62,645 nucleotides of DNA, taken from the NCBI GenBank assembly GCA_030264375.1, contig JASCQW010000032.1, forward strand, positions 26,311,958 to 26,374,602, written 5' to 3'. How positions within the stretch are numbered: position 1 is the stretch's first letter; every line of letters starts with the position of its first letter. Below, one piece after another: positions 13,198 through 24,600 of the stretch. The DNA is from Carcharhinus longimanus. Lineage: Eukaryota. The notes under the pieces are model-generated. The model searched no databases, had not been told where the DNA came from, and was given only the letters and a program-made list of their open reading frames with translations. A program made the position numbers and the translations under genes.

Positions 13198-14167
13198 TAT
13201 CTGAAGACCAGTGCATCGGACGCAACTTCTCCAGACAGGCTATCATGTGTCTCTGCAGCCTCCTTCAGAAACCTCTGTTTTTACTCTGTTTTACTGTCTC
13301 CTTATCAATAGAGGCTGAATTGCAGCTATTCCATGCAGCTAGAAGCTGAATCCTTCTATTCATTTCAAAAACCTTGGTAGCTTCTAGCTGCCTGGCCTGC
13401 CTCTGATAATAGGGTATATACTTTGTTTCATTGTTCAAAAAGAATGCGGACTGTCTAATTAAACTTATTTCTCATCATGCTAAAGGGTAAATTGCTTGTT
13501 GGTCAAAGCTCACAAGAAAATACAAAAATACAGTTTAAATCTATAATATTTGTTCAAAAAATGATTATATATGTGCTTATACAGACAATACCTCCCAATA
13601 ATATGAGGCACATTGTGATACCTTTGATATATGTATAAGGCACACTGTGATCCTTCTTTAAACTAATCGACTTTGTTTTAATAGTCTCTCAAAAAGCAGG
13701 GGTTTCTGTATCCCCTGCTGCAACATGGAAGCAGCCTAACACCTGGGATACTTGAAAGCTGCCCTATCCATTATTATGGTCAGATGTTTTTGATGCACAG
13801 GATATTAGTCTCAAATTTGACACACTGGACTCGTTTTGCACCTGCAAAATATGGCATTAAGAGTTTACCTCAATCAAAGCAAAAACTTAAATCTATAACT
13901 CCTNNNNNNNNNNNNNNNNNNNNNNNNNNNNNNNNNNNNNNNCCAATCTGATACAGCATTAGAATGCTGCACAGTTAATACATCTGTTATGATGTCTACT
14001 TTTATGGTTTATACATTAAACTAACTGCTGTATTGATTGAACCTAGTTCTTTGTAGCTAAACAACAGAAAACCAGAAGCTGCATTAACGTCATAACAACA
14101 AAAGCAATTAATATTAACTGCACAAAAGCTTTTTTTTACAGATTTTATTTTTGTATTTGATGCAAAG

Positions 14168-14308
14168 GTTATTGGCCAAGCAACTGAAGCTTATCCAAAG
14201 ACTGCACGAATAGATTGGGTGAGAAACTGGCCTGGTCAGACAGTTTTGTGTGTCTCTCAGATGTTTTGGACTCAAAAGGTTCAAAATTCTATTAAAGCAG
14301 GTCTACAG
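14168..14308 (+). CDS. DNAH7: DNAH7 exon 4 in window
   Basis: aag acceptor, CAG|gtaagc donor; [47 protein letters not shown]; 141 nt. Confidence 0.93.
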
Positions 14309-14396
14309 GTAAGCGAAGGTGGTATAATGGGTAGAAAATAATCTACTTTGAACATTAACGTGGATTTGTATAAATACTTGTGTTTTTAAAGTCCAC

Positions 14397-17150
14397 GGGC
14401 ATGATCTTACAACCTTGTTCTGCCCAATGTTTGGCAAGGCGAGGTGGTAAGATTGCGCACTGGTATTTTAAAAACCAGCCTGGTTTTATGCCGGTTCCCA
14501 TGTTACCAGACAGTTTTTCTAGATGTGAACAGATTTGAGCTCACAGTGGGTGAGATGCAATTTGCATGCATTTGAATATACTCAGCAAGTTCGGCATGCA
14601 ATGGTCCACCCTCACTTACGTTAACCAGCTCATTGGTCAGATGTTATACCAGTGAGAATTACAATTGCTCTGTATAAGTGAGTTTCAGACAAGCAATGAC
14701 AAAGGTGAGTGAGGAGGTAAGTACCACTGAACAACAACCTCCTGAATATAAGGGGGAGGCCTCAGCTGTGGTCATAGTATAGGGTGGGGGGCTTGCATGG
14801 GTGCAATGGTGGGGGGGGTGCAGAATTGTGACTTTCAGGGGTCAATGTTGGCTTGGGGCTCATGTTGTGCACATTCCTCCTGCCCACCAAATGACCCCTC
14901 AATAGGTTGCTTATGATGTCAACCCCACTGGCATCGCCATGGTTACTTTGCCATCTGTCTGCTGGACAGGTTGTTTGGCTGACCACTGATATCCCATTCC
15001 AGGCAGCACTAACAGTAACAGGCAGCAGCTCAGTCAGCTGCTGCTCCAATCAAGGGAACTCGGCAAGTGTTATCACATCTCCTCATATGTATGGACTCTG
15101 CAATACTGCTCTTGATGGGAACCCATCTCTTACTAGTCATGAGGATGCTTCTCCACCATCTACAAGCCATTCCTGGTGGATACACCCATGTCTACGCTTC
15201 AGGGATTCCCAATTGGGACCCACATGGAGCAACCGTGTGCGCTCCGTGCCCCTCATGGCGAGAGTGCAGTGACAGTCGCCAACCACCATTGAGCTGATAG
15301 ATCTGGCTGTCATTCTTGTGCCTGTTGCGGCTGCTGCAGAGTAAGAGGAAAGAGACGTTGGCGCACTGCAAGGTCAGTCTGGGCCACAGGCTGCAGCAGG
15401 AGGACAGAAGGTTGCCGCTCGTGGGCAGGTGGAAGATGTCCAGCGGCCCGGGCATGTACCAGGGCACAGCAGGGATGGAGACATTGGCAGTTCAAGACAT
15501 GTATGCTCTTCAATGAGCTGACGAGCTAACGGATGACATGAGCTACCATAGGCTGCGGTTCAGTAAGGACATGGTGCACCACCTGTATCAGATCCTCGTG
15601 GACCTGGCATTTCGAGAGACAGAGGGACACCTCCTTCCGGTGGTAATGAAAGTTACGGTGGCTCTAAATATTTACGCAACTGGGTTGGTCCTTCCAGGCC
15701 AACAGCAGATCTCTGTGGGACCTCTCACTCCTCAGTCGACAATTGTGTCCACGGGGTGACTGATACCATGTTCGCCCAGGCAGGCTGTTACATCAATTTT
15801 GACAAGTGCCACATTCAGCAGGAAGTCATCAGCAAATGCCTACTGTGACTCGGCCATATCTTGGACCCTGCCACCCGTGGCGACCATTTCTTGACCCAGG
15901 TTTTCCACTGCGGAAGCCGTCCTTGCAGTGTTGACCTAAGTCCAAGCAATGCTGGCAATATCTCCTACATCAGCAATGTGTGGGACTCCACCCTACAGCC
16001 TGACAGTTGCTACAGTATTGCTGACATTCCCTCTTGAATTCCTCAGCTCTGCTGCTGCATCTCCAGCAACGTAGGGAGAACGAATCATAGTGGCCTGGCA
16101 CCTGTTTTGGGGCCAGCTGATTCCTTGCCCCCAGCAGTCCTTCACATGCCCGAGGCCTTGGACTTTCTCTCATCCACCTGATATGCATCAACAGCTGTAT
16201 TGTGTGCACCAGACCATGACTCAGAAGTCTCTCCATTAACTTGCCCCAGCGTGGTAATAGTATCTGGGCTGGTGGATTGTGTGCGGGGGTGTGGGGTGGA
16301 ATGGTGGTGGAAGGAGGTGGAGGGTGATGATGCCAGATGGGTGAAGTGCATTGGGGTTGCCTCCTGTAATAAAGGACACAAGAATCAGTGCAAGGAAGGG
16401 ACAAGTCTGGGCAGCATGCCACTTACTTGAGATATATCATAAATAAAGGTTTTGCAGATGCTCACTTCCTGTCACACTTCAACCTGGCTGTCGTTCATGA
16501 TTCTATCCTCCTCCTCTCCTGCCAGATCCATTGCTCTCTCCTCGAAGGAAGTGAGAAAGATCAGGAACATCACCTCCTGGGCCATCATCTGCTGTGGGGA
16601 CAGAAGGGGGATTGAAAACCTGATGTCAGGAAGGGCACAGAGTGCTGACGTAGCATCAGTTGGATGGAATTCATTGGGGTTGTGACAGGGCTTGCTAGAG
16701 GGGTTAAAGGAAGGGTGTTGGGTGCTGGAAGGTGGTGGGGTGGCAGTTGGTGGATCAACATGGACATGGCAGGTACGATGGACAGGACAGGCTGGAAGCT
16801 CACAAGGTCATTCATTTTGTTTTGGCACTGGCGGCCGCTCCTCCGTGCCAGTGCATGGGCACTGACATCCACCACAACCTCATTGCTGGCACAACCCCTG
16901 GATTGTTGCCCATCTGTGTGGAAGAAAATGTTTCTCTTGTCTTTAACTGCATCCAACAGATGACCCAGCTCTCCCGAAGTGAATCTTGGAGCTGTTCTTC
17001 TGGGTGCCCTTTTCCTGGCGTGATTTCCTTCTGTCCACCTTTAGCCCTTTTATGCAGTATTCCCTTGTTAACAGCGTACAACTGCAGCCACTTTGGGCGA
17101 GTCACGTACCCAGAGGGTCCATGGTGGTGGGAATTGCATCGAGGCCAGAA
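14397..17150. mobile_element. Decayed Harbinger element: transposase fragment (+, about 15450-15830) and Myb/SANT partner exons (-, about 16450-16960)
   Basis: GGGCATGATCTTAC left end; + HRLRFSKDMVHHLYQIL...HLLPVVMKVTVALNIYATG; - DAVKDKRNIFF...RRSGRQCQNKMNDLV and LTSFEERAMDLAGEEEDR. Confidence 0.78.
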
Positions 17151-18013
17151 GGCTATAAAGTGCTCGTTGAAAGAAGAGATATTTTTCCTGAGCAGACATT
17201 GAATCCATATAATTTTGTTTTACTGAAAAAATTTAAAGAAAACTTCAACTTGATCATTTAATTCATTGAAGATGACTTTGAATTTAAACCACATACAGAA
17301 TTGTAATACCAGAAATAGCACTGCATTCTTCATCATAATTGCAATGTCTTTGTGCATAATAGCATTAAATTAATTGAACAGAGGCTATCAAAGGCAATGT
17401 TTTGAAACTTTATTTTCACTGATAAAATTCAAACAGAGGAATTTAAAAACCAAAGCATTAAGATTTCTGATGATTTATCTCAACCATAGGAAATGTCAGG
17501 TGCTTTCTTATGAAAAAAAATTAATGACAAAAAGTGCTGAACAAGCAAATGGTGCGGGTTTTTTGTGAGCTGCATGTTGCGATCTTTCTGCACTTGGTGC
17601 AGTAAAAGAGCCTCAATGCAATTCCCACCACCATGGACCCTCTGGGTGCATGACTCGCCCAAAGTGGCTGCAGTTGTATGCTGTTAACAAGGGAATACTG
17701 CGTAAAAGGGATAAAGATGTACAGAAGGACATGGCAGGTACGATAGACAGGACAGGCTGGAAGTTCACGAGGTCATTTGTTTTGTTTTGGCACTCGCGGC
17801 CACTCCCCAGTACTGCTGCCAGACCTGCTGAGTATATCTATCATTTTCCATCTTTCTTTCAAAGTTCCAGCATTCACATAATCATTTTTACAGTGGCCTT
17901 GATTTTTTTCTAATTCATTAATAATGGCACAAATATTGTTTGCTGTGTATAATGTAAACTGAGTTTGATCCTGATTGCATACAGTTAAATTGCCGACTTA
18001 ATTTATTTCTTAG

Positions 18014-18226
18014 GTCCTTCAGCAATTTCTGGATCTGAATAATAGCCAGATTGATGACATTGTTGGCTTAGTGCGTGGAAAACTGTCTAAGCAGAATCGT
18101 GTTACTCTTGGAGCATTGGTTGTGTTAGATGTTCATGCCAGAGATGTCTTGGCCGTTCTAGTGAAGAAAAAAATCACTAATGAAAATGACTTTGAATGGT
18201 TGAGCCAGCTGAGATACTACTGGGAG
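18014..18226 (+). CDS. DNAH7: DNAH7 exon 5 in window
   Basis: tag|GTC...GAG|gtaagt; [71 protein letters not shown]; 213 nt. Confidence 0.95.
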
Positions 18227-18317
18227 GTAAGTGAATACTTATAATGTCCTGAGTTTGTTAAACTTGCTGTTTGCCTTACTTTTCTTTATGTGAAAAATTG
18301 CTTTACTATACTTGGAA

Positions 18318-19440
18318 ACATACAAAATAGGAGCAGGAGGATGCCATTCAGCCATTTAAGCCTGCAACATCATTCATTACGATCATGGTTGGTCATCCAA
18401 CTCGGGATTAGTTGGCAATCTAGTTGTGAGAGAACCTTTGGGGATGAATGACCATAATATAATAGAATTCATTATGAATGTGGATAATGACGTACTTGAT
18501 TTTGTGACCAGAGTCTTGAATCTCAATAAAGGTAACTTATGATGGTAGTAGACATGAATTGGCTATGATGGGCTGAGGAACATTATTGAAAGTAAGGACA
18601 GTGGACAGGCAATGGCAGGCCTTCAAGGAACGAATAGGTGAACTTCAGAAGTTGTTTGTTCCTGTTTGGTGCAAAAGTGTTAAGGGAATTGTAGATAAAC
18701 CCTGGTTTATAAGGGAAATTAGAGATAGTATTATATTCAAAGAAGAAACTTACAAATTGACAAGAAAAAGCAATAGACCTGAGGATTGGGAGCAGTTGAA
18801 ATTCAGCAAAGAAGGACTAAGGGATTGATTGAGAAGGAGAAAAAAGAATATCAAAATAAGTTGGTAGGGAATATAAAAACTGTTTTTAAAGGTGTGTAAA
18901 GAGAAAAAGATTGACAAAAACTAATGTAAGTTTAAATTTATTTATTTATTAGTGTCACAAATAGGCTTACATTAACACTGCAATTAAGTTGCTGTGAAAA
19001 TCCCTTAGTTGCCACACTCTGGCATCTGTTCGGGTACACTGAGGGAAAATTTAGCATGGCCAGTTCACCTAACCAGCATGTCTTTTGGACTGTGGGTAGA
19101 AATTGGAGCACCTGGAGGAAACCCATGCAGACATGGGGAGAATGTGCAGACTCCACACAGACAGTGACCTGACAGTGAATTGAACCTGGATCCCTGGGTT
19201 TGTAAGACAGCAGTAACCACATGCCACCATGCCAAGGAGAAAGTAGTTGAGGCCAAAATGTGTGATTTCAAGAAGAAATTAGATTTTGCTCTTGGGCTAA
19301 AGGGGTCAAGGGACATGGGGATATGGGGAGAAGGTGAGATCAAGGTATTGAATCTGATGATCAGCCATGATCAAAATGAATGGCGGAGCAGACTTGAAGG
19401 GCCAAATGGCTATCTATTTTCTATGTTTCTGTACTTCTAA
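18318..19440. mobile_element. CR1 LINE fragments with a nested minus-strand HE1-type SINE (about 18936-19233)
   Basis: + TVDRQWQAFKERIGELQKLFVPV...KPWFIREIRDSI (CR1 ORF2); CR1 3' tail at 19233-19440; reverse V-domain inside. Confidence 0.75.
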
Positions 19441-19502
19441 CTCAATAACCTGTACCCCTTCGCTTCAATAGCTGTATCTACCCTTTTCTTGAAAACATGT
19501 AG

Positions 19503-20090
19503 GGAGTGATGTTACCAAAAAAATGCCAAGTGTCAAAGGAGTGTGAAAACGGGAGAGAATCGCGCCCATTTTTGGGGCAAACTCCAATCGCAATCATACA
19601 GCACTCAGTGAAATAAAGAGACATAATTTGATTCTCATCAGTAGGAGGGAGGGGGTAGTGCTTTATGGGCATCATTGCACAGATGCCCTGATTTCCCAGT
19701 ACACTGTGTATACACAGTATACTAGGTGATCTCCTTTCACTCCCGCAGCACCCCTCTCCTCCGCTGCTGATCGCTGCCCTGGACATTGCCTCCCTACCCT
19801 TCTTGGCCCTGCCCCGGCCACCTGGTGGGCTTCAATGACTTTTAATCCCACTGGCGAGGCCATCATGTCTGGTCCCTGTTGGTGGGGACCATACATGATC
19901 CTTGCTGATTAGGACCTCAACTGGTGAGGAGCTACATCCGAGTAAGTCTGGACGGTAGCTTCTAGAGTTCACTAATAATATTTAAATTTAAGTTTTAAAT
20001 ATTGAAATCGGCTTCATGCCCTTTCTAGGCAGTAAGCCGATTTCACCAGCAGAACACTACCGGTAGTACTACAAGAGGTGAAAAAACGGG
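19503..20090. mobile_element. Non-autonomous Harbinger-like element
   Basis: Left end resembles the subterminal sequence of the 4958 element (aaaaaaatgccaagtgtcaa...gaaaacgggag). Confidence 0.4.
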
Positions 20091-20094
20091 CATG

Positions 20095-21218
20095 AACTGT
20101 CTGATTAGTAAGTTTGTGGATGACACAAATATTGCTGGAATTGCAGATAGTGATGAACATTGTCAGAGAATACAGCAGGATATAGATAGGCTGGAAAATT
20201 GGGCGGAGAAGTGGCAGATGGAATTTAATCCAAATAAATGCGAAGTGATGCATTTTGGTAGAACTAATGTAGGGGGAGCTATACAATAAATGGCAGAACC
20301 ATCAAGATTGGTGCTCAGTCCACTGTTATTTGTCATTTATATTAATGATCTGAATGAAAATTTAGGAGGCTTAGTTAGTAAGTTTGCAGATGACACCAGG
20401 ACAGTGAAGAAGGTTATGTAGGATTGCAACTGGATCTTGATCAATTGGGCCAGTGGGCTGATGAATGGCAGATGGAGTTTACTTTAGATAAATGCGAGGT
20501 GATGCATTTTGGTAGAACTAATGTAGGGGGGAGCTATATAATAAATGGCAGAACCATCAAGAGTATAGACACACAGAGGGACCTGCATGTGCAAGTCCAC
20601 AGATCCTTGAAGGTGGCATCACAGGTGGAGAAGGTGATGAAGAAGGCATATGGCATGCTTGCCTTTATAGGACGGGGCATAGAGTATAAAAATTGGCGTC
20701 TGATGTTACAGTTGTATAGAACGTTGATTAGGTCACATTTGGAATACTGGTCCAGTTCTGGTCGCCGCACTACCAGAAGGACGTGGAGGCTTTGGAGAGA
20801 GTGCAGAGAAGGTTTATCAGGATGTTGCCTGGTATGGAGGCTCTTAGCTATGAGGAGAGATTGGGTAAATTGGGGTTGTTCTCCCTGGAAAGATGGAGAA
20901 TGAGGGGAGACCTAATAGAGGTGTATAAAATTATGAAGGGCGTAGATAGGGTGAACAGTGGGAAGCTTTTTCCCAGGTCAGAGGTGATGATCATGAGGGG
21001 TCACAGGCTCAAGGTGAGAGGGAGAGGTATAACTCAGATACCAGAAGGATGTTTTTTAGAGGGTGCTGGGGGCCTGGAATGCACTGCCAAGTAGGGTGGT
21101 GGAGGCAGACACGCTAGGGTTGTTTAACACTTACCTGGATAGACACATGAACAGACTGGGAATGGAGGGATACAAACGAATGGCCTAGTTGGACCAATGA
21201 GCGGCACAGGCTTGGAGG
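20095..21218 (+). mobile_element. CR1 LINE RT C-terminal region, partly duplicated
   Basis: SKFVDDTNI/SKFADDT, WQMEFNPNKCEVMHFGR, LERVQRRFIRMLPGM..LSYEERL..LGLFSLE..RMRGDLIEVYKIM. Confidence 0.9.
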
Positions 21219-21439
21219 NNNNNNNNNNNNNNNNNNNNNNNNNNNNNNNNNNNNNNNNNNNNNNNNNNNNNNNNNNNNNNNNNNNNNNNNNNNNNNNNNN
21301 NNNNNNNNNNNNNNNNNNTAATGTTAAAATGGCGGCGCGGGCTCGTTGGGCCGAAGGGCCTGTTTCCTGGGCTGTTTTTGTTCTTTGTTCTTTGACATCC
21401 TTTTTGCATCTACCCTGTCTAGTCCTGTTAGAATTTTAT

Positions 21440-21635
21440 TGGTTTCTAACCTACACATCTTGGGGCAATTTAACATGGCCAATCGACCTAACCCGCGCGA
21501 TCTTTGGACGGTGGGGAAACCCTGGAGCACCCAGAGATATCTCATGCAGACACAGGGAAAACGTGCAAACTCCATACAGTCACCCAAACATGGGTCCCTG
21601 ACACCAGTGCTAGCCACTATGCCACTGTGCCACCC
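21440..21635 (-). mobile_element. HE1-type SINE fragment
   Basis: Reverse V-domain (ggggcaatttaacatggccaatc...tctttggacggtggggaaac). Confidence 0.65.
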
Positions 21636-22474
21636 AGTCTACAAAGTACAAATCACGATTACAATCTCATAATTTCAATTTGCAGGTCTAACAACACCAG
21701 CGAGATACAGAAGCAGCAATGTAGTACGATTTACAAAATGCACTGTAGGAATTCACCTAAGCTCTTCAGACAGCAGCTTTCAAACCTATGACCATTATCT
21801 TCTAGAAGGACAAGGGAAATCTGGGAACACCATCACTTGGAAGTACCCCTCTGAGCCATATACTTTCTTGACTTGGAAATATTTTGCCATTCTTTCAGTC
21901 GCTCAGTCAAAATCCTGGAATTTGCTCCCTACCACCACTGTAGGCGTACTTACACGCATAGATTGCAGAGATTCACCACCACATTCCGAGGCAATTGGGG
22001 ATGGCATGTGGGTGGAAGAGCATTCATTAAAGCTGAAGTTTCAGAAAGGATTCAGTGAGCCTTTAGATTAAGTACAGTGATTGGAAACAATTTTCAATCA
22101 GGGAGATATTGTGTAGTATGAAAGAGTGGACAGGCATAACAAGGTTATTGGTAAAGATGGTAACCCTTCCCCCTCCCCCCCCTGTTCGTGGGCCTGTTNN
22201 NNNNNNNNNNNNNNNNNNNNNNNNNNNNNNNNNNNNNNNNNNNNNNNNNNNNNNNNNNNNNNNNNNNNNNNNNNNNNNNNNNNNNNNNNNNNNNNNNNNN
22301 NNNNNNNNNNNNNNNNNNNNNNNNNNNNNNNNNNNNNNNNNNNNNNNNNNNNNNNNNNNNNNNNNNNNNNNNNNNNNNNNNNNNNNNNNNNNNNNNNNNN
22401 NNNNNNNNNNNNNNNNNNNNNNNNNNNNNNNNNNNNNNNNNNNNNNNNNNNNNNNNNNNNNNNNNNNNNNNNNN

Positions 22475-22830
22475 CCCAGACTGATTGCAGACACCCTCCT
22501 GCCCCCACCGATTGCAGATCTACCACCCTTCACCACCAATCATGGACCGCTGCCCTCCCTGCCTCACACCAATCGCAGATCTGCTGCCCTCCTCCCCCAT
22601 TGATTGCAGTTCTGCTGCCTCCCCATCCCTCCACCGATTGTGGACCTGCTGTTCCCCTGCCACCCACTGTTCGCGGACCTGCTGCCCTCCCCCTCCTAAC
22701 CGATCGTGGACTTGCTGCGCGCCCCCCCCACCAATTGTTGCAGAGTGGCAGTAGGCCCCCTCTCCCTTCCTGCCCACTACCGATTCCACGCAGAGTGGCA
22801 GTGGGCCTCCTCCCCCATTAGCCCCTCTCC
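22475..22830. repeat. C-rich degenerate minisatellite (unit about 30 bp)
   Basis: Repeated ccaccgattgcagatctgctgccct-like units next to an N gap. Confidence 0.7.
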
Positions 22831-23736
22831 CACATTAGCCCTTCCCCCTCTCGCGCCTGAAAAGAGACGCAACACGATGGTAAAATCGCCCCCAATGAGT
22901 CTGGAAATGTACATGCCCCTAGAAAACGATCATAAACTGTTGAAAGAAAATCTGTTTATAAGAGGGGGAGATCAAACAGTAGCAGTCTAAAATGAGTTAT
23001 AAGACAGGATGGAGGATGTAATTAAACAAGGTGAAGTAATATGGCATAGACCAAGAATGTAACGAGGAGCAGAAGCTCATGTGATCAAGAAGTCTTAGTG
23101 GCTATGAACAGATTAGAAGACAAGTTAATAAAAGATGTGAAACAACAGGAATTGTACAGGTAGAGAAAATTTGGGGTTTCACAGTGGTGCAGGATAGGTG
23201 ACAGCCAGCATCGATGGATATACACAGAAAGGTGCTCTCTGATGGAACTTCAAAGGCTGAAGTCAGACTAGAGGCATGAGGTTTTGAAGAAAAATTGGGT
23301 GCCCAGAATGCAAGTGCAGATTCACCAAGGGCAGGAAAGGCCATTTTATAATCTTGTTTGCTCTGTTGGTAACAGTATCTCAAGAATGCGATTTGATTGC
23401 TATTAAAGCTACTTTTATACACAGAGATCAACTTCAAAGACAAGTTTTACTCCACTCTCCAAAGGAGGTGACTAATGCGGAAGGGACACTGGAAGCCACC
23501 AAGGGGAAACAGGCCACAGTACTTATGTTCCATTTCAATTTCTGTTCAGTGGTAACCCCCTGTATTTGAAAGTGGGGTATTCATGGATGGTAATACCACT
23601 GACTTGTAAGGGAGATGGTTAGATTTTCTGACTTGTAAGGGAGATAGTTTGATTCTCTCTTGTTAGAGATCGTCAATGCCTGGCATTCCTGTGGTGTGAA
23701 TGTCACTTTTTACAGCTCATTGTACTCTTTACTTGA

Positions 23737-23850
<114 letters not shown>

Positions 23851-24600
23851 TGAGTGCTTTTGTATTTGGCTGTTCAGAATAAACAAAGTAGGATACAGTG
23901 CCATGAAATATTGCTCAGTTATGAATAATGAGTAAGAATATGATATACGTTAGGATAAATTACATTAATCAGTGAACTGACAAGCAAAAGCAAAGAAGTA
24001 GAAAACACAGTACCTGAATCCAGTAATTAAAGTAGAATCTATAGTAACTTGCCCCTTCCCCACGTAATCTCTAGTCTTACTTTTTAACAATAAAGCAAAA
24101 TATGTAATAGTAATGAAACATTTCTTATAAATTGACTCAGTGACCTTTGAGGTAGAGTTTCAAATTATGATGTACTTGAATGCCAATTTCATATTATGTT
24201 TTCTAACCATAGATTTTGAAGAGAAGCTATCAACAATTATCTAAAAGCATTTAATCATGACACAAATACTTTTTATATAGTACTGAATGCATTCAATGGA
24301 AAGTGCTTAATTATTGTCCTGATTAATTTTCAACATATGTCATACAACTTCTTTCATGCACCTTCTCTATTCAGGTGGTTAGATATAGACAGATGCAAGA
24401 ACTGCTCCTAGAGAATTGCCCTTCAACTTTGGCATGATGGTTTCCACAACTTTCCATGTCATCTACCATCCTTTTCAGTCATCACTCCCAGTAAACTAGA
24501 TGAAACCCCATGACTAGAAAATTGTCTATAGTTTGGCACCAAATTTATCCAGACTAAGATGTCCCCTAATTGTGAGTAAGGATTGAAAGATGACGTACGA

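Noticed and set aside
22063-22821. Long ORFs in the track (also 48554-49241 and 29973-30377)
   Set aside because: Their length comes from N gaps translated as X
22475-22830. Repeat array resembling CRISPR
   Set aside because: Eukaryotic degenerate minisatellite with no unique spacers and no cas genes
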